Shown here piece by piece: positions 41,645 through 53,526 of a stretch of DNA of 64,000 nucleotides (position 1 is its first letter; every line of letters begins with the position of its first letter). The notes below the pieces were generated by a model. It was not told where the DNA came from, did not search any database, and saw only the letters and a program-made list of their open reading frames with translations. Source of the DNA: Neophaeotheca triangularis (Eukaryota); contig BAAIJX010000030.1 of NCBI GenBank assembly GCA_054600435.1, positions 124,001 through 188,000 on the forward strand. Reading direction: 5' to 3'. The position numbers were made by a program, and so were the translations under genes.

Positions 41645-42892
41645 ATGTCGCGCGGGGGCAGAGGCGGTAGAGGCGGCGGAGGCGCCGGTCGCGGCGGGCT
41701 CAGCAATGGCGGCGTGGGCATCACAATGGACGACGCCGACGACTTCCAGAAGCTCATGGACAGCTACAACTCCAAAGACGACGAGGGAGACTTTCCGGTA
41801 TGTTTCTAGCCAACCCTTTCCTTTTCATCCTCTTCATCGCCCATCACCCATCACCCATCACCCATTACCAATCGCCATTCTTCAAAAAAAGCCCTGTTTG
41901 GCCCCCACGGAAGCGCGCAAAGTACCTGCATATGGGCTTGCTTGGCGCCGCCCCGGCTTCCTTCCAGCAGCGCGCTTCGTTCCCTCCCACTTTACCCCAC
42001 CGTAACCTCCATCACTCGCTGCCCCTCCAAACCTAGGTACCACCTGCAACATTACCTACTTCCCTCTTGCGCGCCCATCGCAGGAATGTGAACCGCCACA
42101 AACATGGCTTCCAGAGAGGGAGACCAAGGACTGACGCTTTATCCACCACCACAGAACGTCACCGTCGTCCCGCCAAAGCCGCCAACCAAGTCCGAGCTGC
42201 GCGCCGTCGAGCTCCAGCAGCTTATCAAGAAAGGCATTCGCGAGAGCCCCTACTACTTCAACATCGACGACAACATCAAGGCCGATGCCAAGGGAAAGCG
42301 CAAGCCCGCCGCCGCCGTCTACGACCCTTTCGAGGATGCGCCCACGTTCGGCAACAAGCACGGCAAGGTGCAGAAGAAGGGCTTGCCTAGCTTGAAGAGC
42401 ATGCAGGCTGAGATGCAGAAGGGCGGTTTCAGTATGTGTTTTTGCCTTGTCTACATGGATTCGAGATGGAAGAAGCAAATCAACTAACAACACCGTCCAG
42501 TCGACAAAACGTTCTTCCCAAAGGAACTCCAGGACGTCGTCGACCCAGCCCAACTCGCCGAAGAGGAAGAGGAAGTTCGCCAGTACGCCGCCCGCGAGGC
42601 CCGCGAGAAGCAAAAGGCCGCTCGTAGGAAGCGCGTCGACGCAATGGGCGAAGATGACGAGGGTGGCGAGGACGCCGACAAAATGCTCGATGCCATGGAC
42701 CAGGGCTCTGACACTGGCAACAAGTCCGACGCCGACGAAGACAATGCTGAAGGGGAGAAGGAGACGGATTTCGAGGACGACGAAGACGAGCAGGACGACT
42801 ACAACGCCGAAAACTATTTTGACGACGACATGAAAGATGAGGCAGGTGGAGATGATGGAGACGACGCCGGCGGCGGCGGTGACGACTACTAG
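41645..42892 (+). CDS. RPC31: RNA polymerase III subunit Rpc31-like; introns 41798-42154, 42432-42500
   Basis: N-terminal MSRGGRGGRGG, IRESPYY, YDPFEDAPTF, FFPKEL, acidic tail with DDYNAENYFDD. Confidence 0.8.
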
Positions 42893-43870
42893 ACGAGTCT
42901 TTGCCTTTTCTAACATTTGTTTGCACGAACAGGCTAGTGGTCAAGATGCCGGTGACCGTGACGACAGTGGGATCGGCCTTCCCTTTCGTTTCAAAGATTA
43001 ATCAAGACGGCTTTCGTTAACGCTGTGAAACTCTATTGCAGACGGTCCGAACGCCGAGTGCGATATGCAGCTCTGCGATGAGTTGGCATGCGGTGGCGGT
43101 CAGGAGTACTTGCAACAGCAACTACTGGGCGCGGGCGATCCATGGGAGGCGGGACTGTGATTACGCACGCATGCATGCCTGAGTGCGTGTGCGTACGGGA
43201 GGCGTCTTGCGGTGCTCTTAGATACCCTCACGGCGATTGCTTCGGCAAGGCTATGGCTATAGCTACAGGCGTATGGGAAAGCGTTTTCTTTCAATTGATC
43301 AGAAGTCCACTAATGCGCCATTTTATTTCAGACAAGCAAAGAGCAGGAATCAGATGAGACAGTCGAGGATCAAGTTGTTGGTTGGAACATCGTCGGGGCT
43401 ACCCTGGACGGGCCTTGTTCTCCATGTCGTCCGACCTTGAGCCCGCAAGATTATCATATGTAGACCTCGACAACACTCAACAAACAGCTGTAAAACCATT
43501 CTGCCTGACAATCACAAAGGAACCGTAAAACTACAACATTGTTTGGTGAAAAGGGTGAAAGCTCTATCTTCTCGAACTACGCACATGGCTAGCTAGCTCA
43601 TACAAGTAATTGAAGTAGAAGTAAAAAAAAAAAAGGAAAGAGAACCTCGACTCGTCCTTCCAACCATCATCGCAAGCCTCGTTTGTACGTCCCCTTTTCG
43701 ATTTTCTGCTAAGAGCAAGAGACACGCAATAGACACGACGAGACCAGAAGAAGGTGCAAAGGCCAAGGGACGGGAGGACGACCGGCGTAGACCCTCCCCT
43801 TCGTCAACGCCTATTCTCGTGCCGTGCTATCGAGTTGTCCCCGTCACCCCAGCTCTTCCTCGACGAAGCC

Positions 43871-45659
43871 CTAGTAAAGCTGACGGGCGTGCCTACGGCC
43901 ATATTGCGACGGCGCGTCCTGCTGCTGGCCCGGCAGCTGCTCGTGGTGCTTTTGGAAAGCGCTCTTGAGCAGGTACGCGACCCACTTGAAGAGGTCCTTG
44001 AGCGTCATGTTGCCGTGGTCGCCGCCGCCGTAGGTGGGGGTGGTTTCCGGGGCACCCTCGGTCGGGGCGTAGGAGCTCGGCATCGCCGTGGGCGCGCTCG
44101 TGGCTTGGGCTGACGACGGCAGGCCCGAGGTGATGTTGGCGATTACCGAGGAGATGTAGTTGTCGACCGAGGCGGAGGAGATGATGGAGGTCATGACGCT
44201 GGTGGGCATGGCTGAGGTGATGTTGGCCATGGCCGAGGAGTAGACAGGGGCGAGCGAGACGGTGGGAGCGGTTACCGCGGTCTCGGAGGCGGAGGGGGTG
44301 GTGGAGTTGCCGGCGTAGAAGGGAGGGGCGCCGGTCGCTTCGGGAATGGTGGAGGTGGTCGGGATGATGGCGGAGGTTTCGGGGACGTTGGCGTCGACGG
44401 TGTTGGTGTTGTCGTCGATGGGGTAGAGAGGCGCGCCGGTGCCAGTCGGGGCGATCGAGGAGGAGTTGCCGGCAGAGTAGATGGGGCCACCGGTGCCAGA
44501 GGCGGAAGCGCTGCGGCTGCGGGTGATGGTCATGGTGCTAGTGCATGGGGTGGTACTGTTGGCGCTGGGGTAAGGGGCATTGCTCGCAGAGGCGATGGGC
44601 GAGACGATACCGGAGCTGGCAGAGGTAGCGGTGGTGACAGCGTCGACCGGGGCGTCAGTTTCGGTCATTGTCGTGGTCTCGGTGACAGTGGCGGTCTCAG
44701 TGACAGTGGCGGTCGAGGTGACCTCGACAGTAGAGGTGGCCTCGGTGACAGTCTCGGTGACTTCGGCGTTGGCCTCGGTCAGTGGCGACCTCAGTGACGG
44801 TGGCGGTTTGAGTGACCTCAACGGTGGAGGTGGCCTCGCAAGAGGCAGGCTCCTCGTACTGCTGAGGGAAAGCCTCACGCTTCGCGTTCTCGTTGGTGCA
44901 GGCGCAGGTAGAGGCAACCGCCTCAGCGGTCGTTGCCTGCGAAGTAGCCGAGGCTTGGGCGGTGGTGGCGGCTGGGGTAGTAGAGACAACGTTGACGTTT
45001 GTGTTGACCGCGGTCGATTCGGAGCCAGAGTCAGAGCCGGAGTCGGATCCAGAGTCGGATCCAGAGCCGGAGCCGGAGCCGGAGCCGGACATGGTGAAGT
45101 CAATGCAAGACTCGTAGGTCTGATCAATGTCAGGTGCGTCCCAGTACCATTGAATGACACAGTCACCCGGCTGCGAGCACTCGTCGCCGACGTCTGGCAT
45201 GGTGATCTCGAATTCCTTCTGGCCGTCGGGAATGGGAGAGGCCGTGGAAGCATAGTTGTCCCAGTCAATGAGAATGTCGCTGATCATGGTGTCGTCTGAC
45301 GTCCTGACAACGGAAACGTTGGCGTTACCGGTGTGAGGAGCGCGGATGTCCACGCTGATTGGCACGACCTCACCGGCGGTGTAGGACTGAACATTTTCGC
45401 TGTTGTCGGCGAACTTGTAACCCTTGCAGAGCCAGACCTTGCAGGCTTCGGCATCGTAGTCGTCTTGGTTGCCGGCAACCTGGAGCATGCCCTGAACGTT
45501 TCCGTAGTTGTCACCGACCTGGTTGTAGTAGACCTGCATACCGCAAGCCTCTTGCAACGCATCACCAGGCATACGGGGCTCGGGGCTGGTGATGAAACCG
45601 TGGGCGTCGACCATGGCGGTCATGCCTGCCACGGCGAAGGATGCTGCGGTGTACTTCAT
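43871..45659 (-). CDS. Secreted lytic polysaccharide monooxygenase (AA16-like) with Ser/Thr-rich tail; frameshift at about 44780
   Basis: Signal peptide followed by N-terminal His: HGFITSPEPRMPG..ACGMQVY..CKVWLCKGYKFADN..DIRAPHTG..CVIQWYWDAPDIDQTYESCIDF. The tail continues in another frame to RRHARQLY*. Confidence 0.85.
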
Positions 45660-45903
45660 GTTGAGCTTTTTTGGTCCAGAAAGTGGGTAGTTTGGGTATC
45701 GAAAAAGGTAAAGCTTTCGAAAAACGAGCACCAGTGCTCGGTAGGAATCGGGGTTGGGGGGTCTAAAACGAGTGTGGATGCTCACAGAGCAAAAGAGTGA
45801 CGAGATGCAAAAAGCGAGAATGGTGTGTGGTGAGGGAAAAGGAAGCAAGAAGGGAGGGAGAAGAGGACCAAGGCCTGTTATAAAGAGGCTTCGTACTCAC
45901 CAG

Positions 45904-45955
45904 TACCTACCTACCTACCTACCTGCCTACCTGCCTACCTGCCTACCCACCTACC
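45904..45955. repeat. Imperfect (TACC/TGCC)n microsatellite upstream of the LPMO TATA
   Basis: tacctacctacctacctacctgcctacctgcctacctgcctacccacctacc. Confidence 0.85.
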
Positions 45956-46881
45956 TTAGCAGGCCCAATACCGGAGATCGACGTTCTAATGCAGGCGTAG
46001 ATGGGCTTGTATTTGCCATGTTTCGCCATGACCGTCTAGCCGCGGCTTGAATGGTGTTAAGCGAAGGGGGTATGCCTGTGCTTAGGGTGTGGTAGAGTGT
46101 GGTAGAGTGTGGCAGAATACTAGTAGTACAACAGGGCATGGCCAGTAACGAATTGATTGAAGAATTGATTGAAGAATTGATTGATGAGCCCACGGGATGC
46201 ATCGGACTTGGGAAGCATGCATGGATGGCGACGGAGGCGTGGCGCGTCGCCTCGTGTTTCCGGTAGAAGAGCAGAAAGCACAGGAGAAAGCATGACTAGT
46301 GACCACCACCTCGTCCTATCTTATTATTACTCGGTCAAGCCCCTTCATCTCGACAAGTCACAAGAGCGGTTAAGCACAAGGATACTACTGTACTTGCAGT
46401 GGTAGAGCCAGCCAGATCCGGCCCAAGCTTGTTTCAAACTGATGAAGTTGGACTTTTTTTGAAATTGGCACGCTTCGCTTACAATGCCAAGCTCTGCAAT
46501 TAACTACCTTACCTAGGTATAGGAGGGAGCCAGCTGCAGCCTCAGGAACAGACTTCACCTCATCAACCCTTCCGAGAGTACATACAGTAGTAACCTAGTT
46601 ATCAACTGCATGAAGCCGACATATCATCATCACATCTAATATAATTTACACCAAATCCTAGATGCACCGAGTGTCACCAAATGCTGGCTATCTGATCACT
46701 AAACTCAATCCTACCGGAGCCGTCTTTCTTTTTCCTTTTGCATTAGAATCCGGCTTGATTCCCAACAGCTGCCCACATCCCTGCCCACGTGGCTGTCGCT
46801 CGTTTCAATATCACCGCCAAGGACACCTCCGAAACAATATCACGTCCTTCGAGAAGGAATCCCAGGAGAACATACCTTACC

Positions 46882-47862
46882 ATGGCACCTCTGCTTATCG
46901 CCGACGTCTCCCACATAACGAACCCTCTGGCGTCGTCATCTCACCTTGAAACTTCAGCCTCGCAACTCGATGGCGTTCCGGCCGATCTGGAGAGCTTCAT
47001 CTTTTATGAAACTGCACGCCTAAGTCAAGCTGCCGGAGTATTATTGCGTCTGCCACAGGACATTATCGCCCAGTCTATAGTCGTGCTGCAGCGTTTCTGG
47101 GCCGGACCCGATGGCGGAAGCCTCTTCGATCATGACCCTTTGGTATGTCGGCGTCTGTAGGGAACCCCCAATCCAGAAACACTGAACTAATCACCAAAAT
47201 TCCCGCAGGACGCCGCCGCTGCCGCCATGTACCTCACAGCCAAACCGTCCGCTCACACCCTGAGTCCACGTCAAATCCTCACCACCTGGGCGTACCTCGC
47301 AAGCGCTCACAACTCCGGCCAAGCCCTCAGCGACCTCGCAAACCCCAAAACCACGAGCTCGCCAATCCCTTGGAACCTCTCAGTCGGCGACTACGAACGC
47401 AAACGCCTCGGACTGTACAACATCGAAGCGCACATCCTCCGCGTTCTGGGTTTCCAAACTTCAGTCGCGCTGCCTCACACCCTCTGCATCAACTACTTGC
47501 AGACTCTCGACGCTCTCAAGGACCCAGCAGGCGCCATCGCAGCCAAGCGCGCTTTTGCTCACCTGAATACTGCACTGTTGAGCCCGCAGCTTTTGTACCT
47601 CACCCATCAGCCATCTGCGCTCGCGACCGGGGCCATCTATCTCGCGGCGAGAGAGGTGAGTCTGAAATTGCCGGAATGTGAGTGGTGGGAGGTTTTCGAC
47701 GTTGAGCGGGAGGAGTTGGGCTTTTTGGTTGTGGCTTTGCGGAGTGTGGAGGGTTTTGCCGAGAAGGTTTCTGCGCGGGAGGGAGACGAGGGGGTACCGC
47801 TTACAGTCGAAGGACGCAAAGCTCAAATGGAGAGGAGACGGATGCTAGAGGCTGGAGAGTGA
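46882..47862 (+). CDS. Cyclin L-like protein; intron 47143-47208
   Basis: ETSASQLDGVPADLE, QAAGVLLRLPQDIIAQSIVVLQRF, IEAHILRVLGFQTSVALPH, IYLAAREVSLKLP..WWEVFDV, as in cyclin L. Confidence 0.8.
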
Positions 47863-48524
47863 GTGGTCGCGGGTTGCGCGTTCACGAGTCACGGGACGAA
47901 GGTTATCTGTAATGCCAGTGGCTGCTCTGCTGTGGATTGCCTGCCTAGCTCTGGAAAAGAAAGCTCCGCATGGGTTGAGATTCCTAGCCCTCAGCAGATT
48001 GCTTCCGTTGGCATGTGGCTCTGCTTTCGGCGTTGATCACGTCAGGGGAGTCGGGCCACCAATGTACCATTGGCCACTGCCAAGAAGGGAAAGCGCTCAT
48101 GGCAGAAACAGCTTGTTCTTCTACGGTGTAGCGCAGAAGGGGCACTCGGCAGAATGAGACAGAGAGGGGGGCTGAGGGGGATCGTGCCTTGGTGCGGACG
48201 GGCTGATCTGTTGAACGCCTTATCAAAAGCGTTATCCGCTGGCTTACACACGACATCGCTAGAGACCTTGTGCGGTGGCAATCGGCGGCCGGGTTCGCGA
48301 AGACAGGCGGAAAGTGAGATGAACCACTACTGCGCGGCACTCATTGCTTTTAGGTTCATCATAACTTGGAAAGCTACAGCCCCGTCAGGAGAGTGCCACA
48401 GAGCCAAAGCTGTGATGTCACGAGCTCAAAAAACCTCGTTTCCGTCAAGCTCACTCTAAGCCTAGTCACGAGGGCACGACACGCTAAAACATCTCCTTCA
48501 AAGGTCCACCGCCACCAAAACCAT

Positions 48525-49292
48525 TTACGCCTCGGGCTCCATCGCAAGCGCAATAATACTAAACTCAACATTCCCCATCTCCCTCGCGACCCTCAAATAC
48601 CGCTCAACCCCAAACTCCAACGCCCTCGGGCTCAACATGTCTTCCTCGGCAGCGAGACCGCCACGCTCAATAGGCCCACCCCACCCTCCCTCAAGCTCAT
48701 ACATACACCTACCATCGGCACCCTTGACGAATGAGACGAAGTGGTTCGGACACGGCTCAGTGGAACTCGGAGCCGTCGAATCGCCCTTAGTCGCAACCGC
48801 CATGTGCGCGTCCTCTAGCGCTTGCGAGTCGCCCAGGACTGCGGCTCTGGGCAGCGGTTTCAGCGGCTCGGTTTCCCGGAGTAAGGAGTCGATGAGGCTG
48901 CCCGGGTGGATGAAAGCTCTGGCCGAGCCGTTGGCGATGCTGTGCATGAGGGCTACCAGACCGCACGAGTGGCCTATGATCTGCCGGAACCAGGTCACGG
49001 GTTCATCGGGGCCGTGGCCGTCGTAGTAGAGGTCTGCCGACCCTTTGTCCGTGGCGCGGACGCTGTGATGGATGGTCTCGGGCGAGATGAAGACGAGGGC
49101 GTGCACCGGCCGTGGGATCGGGGAGAGCGGGTCTGGGTCGTCTAGGCTGTAGACGTCGTAGAAGCGGAGTCTGGAGGAGAGACCGAGGTTGTGCGCAAGG
49201 GTTGTGAAGATTTTGGGGTTGTTTTCGAGGGGGATGAAGGTCTTTTTGCCCGTGTCGGCAATGTGGACGCCGTTGGGTTTGGTGTGGGGCAT
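48525..49292 (-). CDS. Ubiquitin C-terminal hydrolase (peptidase C12, UCH-L3/Yuh1-like), intronless
   Basis: FIPLENNP, FYDVYSLDDP, PRPVHALVF, WFRQIIGHSCG (catalytic Cys), NHFVSFVK, MYELEG. Confidence 0.88.
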   Translation of the reverse strand: MPHTKPNGVHIADTGKKTFIPLENNPKIFTTLAHNLGLSSRLRFYDVYSLDDPDPLSPIPRPVHALVFISPETIHHSVRATDKGSADLYYDGHGPDEPVTWFRQIIGHSCGLVALMHSIANGSARAFIHPGSLIDSLLRETEPLKPLPRAAVLGDSQALEDAHMAVATKGDSTAPSSTEPCPNHFVSFVKGADGRCMYELEGGWGGPIERGGLAAEEDMLSPRALEFGVERYLRVAREMGNVEFSIIALAMEPEA

Positions 49293-49659
49293 GGTGGTGG
49301 TGAGGCTCGGTTGTTTTGGATTAGGGGTGACTTTCTGGTTGGGATTCGGTTCTCGTTCATAGACTCAATGCCATCACCACTATGTGACAACCTAAGACAC
49401 TCGACCTTGGAGGGGATTCAACACCCAGGTACCTCCTAGCACGCAGTGGGAAATAACTTTAACGACGATTGGCTCGAAAGCTCAACACGCTAACGGCTGG
49501 ATGGAATTCGGCATCAACCATGAATTTGCGCGTAATAAGCGTATACCTTAACCGGCATTATTGTTGCTTCTCGCCCCACGTGTCTCGGACTTGGCAAGTG
49601 TAGTTCACCCGCGACAGCTTCAACTTCGGGCTTGCAGTAGAAGGTGCCCTCGGCATGTG

Positions 49660-51168
49660 ATGCTGTTTTCTCGCGCCCACGGTAGAGGCGTGTCGACAAG
49701 ACTCCGCGTGCAAAGCAGATGCAAGCACCACGCGGCTGCAACGACAAGGCATGATGGGTTGAACGCCGTCATCAACCGTGGAAAAGAGCCAGGGGAGGGA
49801 AACGCTTTGGAGACGGCATCGGGGATTTTACAAGGACGGCGGGTCGCAGTCAAGGACAATATCGATACGGCCGAACTCCCCACGACAGCGGCTTCGAAGT
49901 TCTTGCGGAATTACAAGTCGCCTTTTGCTGCCACGGTTGTTGAGCTGCTGCGCGAACATGGCGCGCAGATTCACCAGACTACGAATCTTGATGAGTTCGG
50001 CATGGGATCGCATTCGCAGGCTTCGGAATTTGGACCGGCGTTGAGTTTATATACCCGGAATGGCGTACCTCTTTCGCCAGGAGGAAGCAGTGGAGGCAGT
50101 GCCGTGGCGGTAGCTACGGGGGATGCTTGGGCGGCTTTGGGTACGGACACGGGAGGTAGCGTGAGGTTGCCAGCAGCCTACACAGGTACGGTAGGCTTCA
50201 AACCAAGCTATGGGATGTTGTCGCGCTGGGGTGTGATCCAATACGCCAACTCCCTAGACACTGTTGGTATCATCGGACAGAAAGTGCAAGCGGTACGGGA
50301 CATGTTCTCCGTCCTGAGCAAACACGACAAAAACGACCCCACGTCTCTCCCATCCCCTCTACGCCAGAGACTTGCAACAACAACAACAACACCCTCTCGC
50401 AGCCTCCGCATCGGTGTCCCAACCGACTACAACATCCAAGAACTCTCCCCGCTCGTCCGGCAAACCTGGTCCCGCACCCTCTCCTCCCTCCAAACCCAAG
50501 GTCACAGCCTCCATCCCATCTCGCTCCCCCAAACCAACCAAGCCCTCTCCGCCTACTACGTGCTCGCGCCCGCCGAAGCCTCCTCCAACCTCGCCAAATA
50601 CGACGGCATCCGCTACGGCACGCGCCCGTCAGGCCCCGACGCCTCCCCTACGGCCAACAGCCCCCTATACGCACGCACGCGGGGCGAGAATTTCGGCCCA
50701 GAAGTCCAGCGCCGCATCTTGCTGGGAGCATACACGCTGAGCTCCGAGGCTAAAGATAACTACTTCATCCAAGCGCAGAAGGTGCGGAGGATGGTGCAGA
50801 GCGATTTCGACCGGGTTTTCGCTCGACGGAACCCTTTGTTCGATACTTCGCGGGACAGTGGGGTTGAGGCTGGCGTGGATGTGGTCGTCACGCCCACGGC
50901 TCCCACGCTGCCGCCTACGGTTGAGGAGGTCGGGCGTCTGTCGCCGGTCGAGGTGTTTATGAATGATGTTTTCACTGTGCCGGCGAGTTTGGCGGGGTTG
51001 CCTGCCGTTAGTGTGCCGGTGGGTTTGGACAAGGGGGTGAGGGAGGGTATGGATGAGGGGGATGTGAGGAGTGTGGGGCTGCAGGTCATTGGGCAGTTTG
51101 GGGACGATGGGGGTGTGCTTGCGGCTGCTGAGGTGATTGAGCGGTTGAACGAGACTCTTGTAGCTTGA
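49660..51168 (+). CDS. HER2: Mitochondrial Glu-tRNA(Gln) amidotransferase subunit A (start uncertain)
   Basis: Amidase signature VAVKDNI, TNLDEFGMGS, PGGSSGGSAVAV, LGTDTGGSVRLPAAY; EASSNLAKYDGIRYG; FGPEVQRRILLG. Confidence 0.9.
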   Translation: MLFSRAHGRGVSTRLRVQSRCKHHAAATTRHDGLNAVINRGKEPGEGNALETASGILQGRRVAVKDNIDTAELPTTAASKFLRNYKSPFAATVVELLREHGAQIHQTTNLDEFGMGSHSQASEFGPALSLYTRNGVPLSPGGSSGGSAVAVATGDAWAALGTDTGGSVRLPAAYTGTVGFKPSYGMLSRWGVIQYANSLDTVGIIGQKVQAVRDMFSVLSKHDKNDPTSLPSPLRQRLATTTTTPSRSLRIGVPTDYNIQELSPLVRQTWSRTLSSLQTQGHSLHPISLPQTNQALSAYYVLAPAEASSNLAKYDGIRYGTRPSGPDASPTANSPLYARTRGENFGPEVQRRILLGAYTLSSEAKDNYFIQAQKVRRMVQSDFDRVFARRNPLFDTSRDSGVEAGVDVVVTPTAPTLPPTVEEVGRLSPVEVFMNDVFTVPASLAGLPAVSVPVGLDKGVREGMDEGDVRSVGLQVIGQFGDDGGVLAAAEVIERLNETLVA

Positions 51169-51557
51169 TGTAGGTGCTATATCTTTTCAAGCTGTACAAA
51201 TATTACACTACTGCTCTACGTTCGCAAGTGACTTGAGCTTCGCTGATTGGACTAGTAGGTAGTATCAAAAGCGAATTTACAACCAAAGGTACTTTGTAGC
51301 ATGCCAAGTCCAACCTTGAAAACTAACTTCACCAACGGCTGGGGTACATACAGGTGGGGCGATCAGGACCCTGCAGGAAAGTGAAACAAGAGAGCAAGAT
51401 AAGATAAGAGTAACAAGTACAGTAGGTGGTGGTGGAGATACAGTATATACGCGTTCGCATTCCAGCAGTACATTAAGACAACCACAGTCACAGTGATTAT
51501 CCTCCTCCTCCTTCGCCCAACAATCCCACTCCCTCTAGTACCTCTGATAGTAGTAGC

Positions 51558-52899
51558 ATGTCTCAGCCTCAAGCCTCGTCGACAGCACCTGCAGCTTCCC
51601 GAAGACACTCGGAGATCATGCCTCCCCCAACTATCTCGCCCAACCCAGCGAGTGCTTCTCCTGTCCTTCACTGCAACAACACCCACCGCCCGACTAGCTC
51701 TTCCACCCACCGTAGCCCAGTCATGTCGACCAACGAGACGGCACTCCCTCTCCGACACCCTCGTCCCATGACAGCCGCCGAACTCTACCTAGAATGTGAG
51801 AAGGAGCAGGAAGCTGTCGTTAGTACTAGTACTCCGTCTGTCCACTCCGTCGACGACCACTCGGCTAACATACAAACAACAGGTTAATCGACTCACTCGC
51901 GAGCTCACAGCCTTGCGGGCCCAGACCGCAAGCGTAGCCAGCAACGCCTCAATCTCTTCAACGTCCACAGGAGCTTCACTCCTACCCATCGACATCTCAG
52001 ATCCAAACCCCACCCATCAGATGACGGGCGCCACCCACCCAACCTCCGCCAGACGGGAACGCCGAAGTAGCTCAAGCCTCAGCAACCGAAGCAGCGTCAT
52101 CAACACCTCCATCCAAGTCCAAGCCGGCAGCACCGCAAGCGGCACCAGCGCAACCGCTCACAGTAACCCCAACCCAACCACCAATCCGACAAGCGGCATC
52201 TCTCAAGCCTCCGCCGACCGCGCCGCAGCCGCAACTGGCACGGCCCACGGCTCCTCCCTAAGCCGCCAACCCTCCATCAGCGCCTCAGGCCGTTCAACCC
52301 CCGCCCGCCACTCCCTCGACCTCTCCCGGCAACCCAACACTCACAACAACAACAACAACACGACGCTCCCACCGCGCCCTTCCCTCTCCCGCTCAACCTC
52401 GCACACCTCAACCCAAGCCGTGCACCACGCGCCCTACACCTCCAACCCAATGCCACCAACCCCCCACTCCCCAACATCAACCACAACCACGAACCCTCCC
52501 AACACCGAGCTCGAAACGCTCAAGCACGAGAACGAACTCCTCCGCCAACGCGTGCGGGCCCTTGAACTCGCCCTCCGCTCCGCCAAACCCCCTTCCCCAT
52601 CCGGACGGCGCAGAGCCAGCAGCAGCAGCCACAGCAATACTTCCAACGAGCGCCCCTCTGGAGTGGCAATGGTGCAGAGTTGGGATGGTGGGGTCAGGGG
52701 CGTTGCTGGCCCCAGGGAGAGGAGCGAGAGCCAGAGTACTACTGCTAGTTCTTCGAGACGCGCAGGGGGAGGTGGGGTGGTTGGGATTGGGGGAGGTGGG
52801 CAAAGTGCGGAGGAGGAGGTTGTTTTTGTGGGCGTGGGGGAGAGTGCGGGGAGTGCTGGGCTGGGTAACTTGGGTTCTGGTGGGGGAGGGGGGAGGTAG
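51558..52899 (+). CDS. Hypothetical Ser-rich protein with short coiled coils; intron 51819-51882
   Basis: A 64-nt intron (GTTAGT..CTAAC..CAG) joins LYLECEKEQEAV|VNRLTRELTALRAQ; second coil ELETLKHENELLRQRVRALE. Confidence 0.7.
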
Positions 52900-53526
52900 A
52901 TGGGTGTGGGTGATGGCATGGGATGGGATGGGCTTAACTGGGTTCTTTTGGTTGCAGGGGTTAGCATGGGATGGGGAACGGACGGGTCATGATGCTATGA
53001 GCTTGATACAAGGACGAATTGGAGTGAGCTGGTCTCCTCGCGCTGGGCCTTTCGGGGGAGGGAGTTGTTTCACTTTTCTCAATGAATATCCGACATGAGC
53101 GTCGAAGCGAGCGAAAGGGGTAGAAGGGGGGTTTGCGCGGCGTTATGGCGTGGTTTTGAAAACTACAGGCGTCGATTGTAGGTAGCTTCTACAACTTCGA
53201 TTATCCAACGACCAGTACAGTAATGCAGAGCTTCATGGTCCGTTTTCGTCATAGCAAAGGCGAATCACCTCCCTGTCATGCCTGAGGATCGGTTCTCAGC
53301 TTTCTGACTGACTTACAGCCTCGAACCAAGCAAGCACCCTCATCCATAAATGCAGATAAAATTGCGAAGTGAGAAGATAAAAAAAAAAAAGAAACTTTCA
53401 TAAAATCCCCATCAAAACCCATCCAGCCCAGCCGTCCCCAGCGCCATCGCTAGTGGAAAACCAAAACCCCTCGCCAAAGCTCATCCTCACCCAAAACCCA
53501 AAGCCACTCTCAACCCTCCTCTATCC

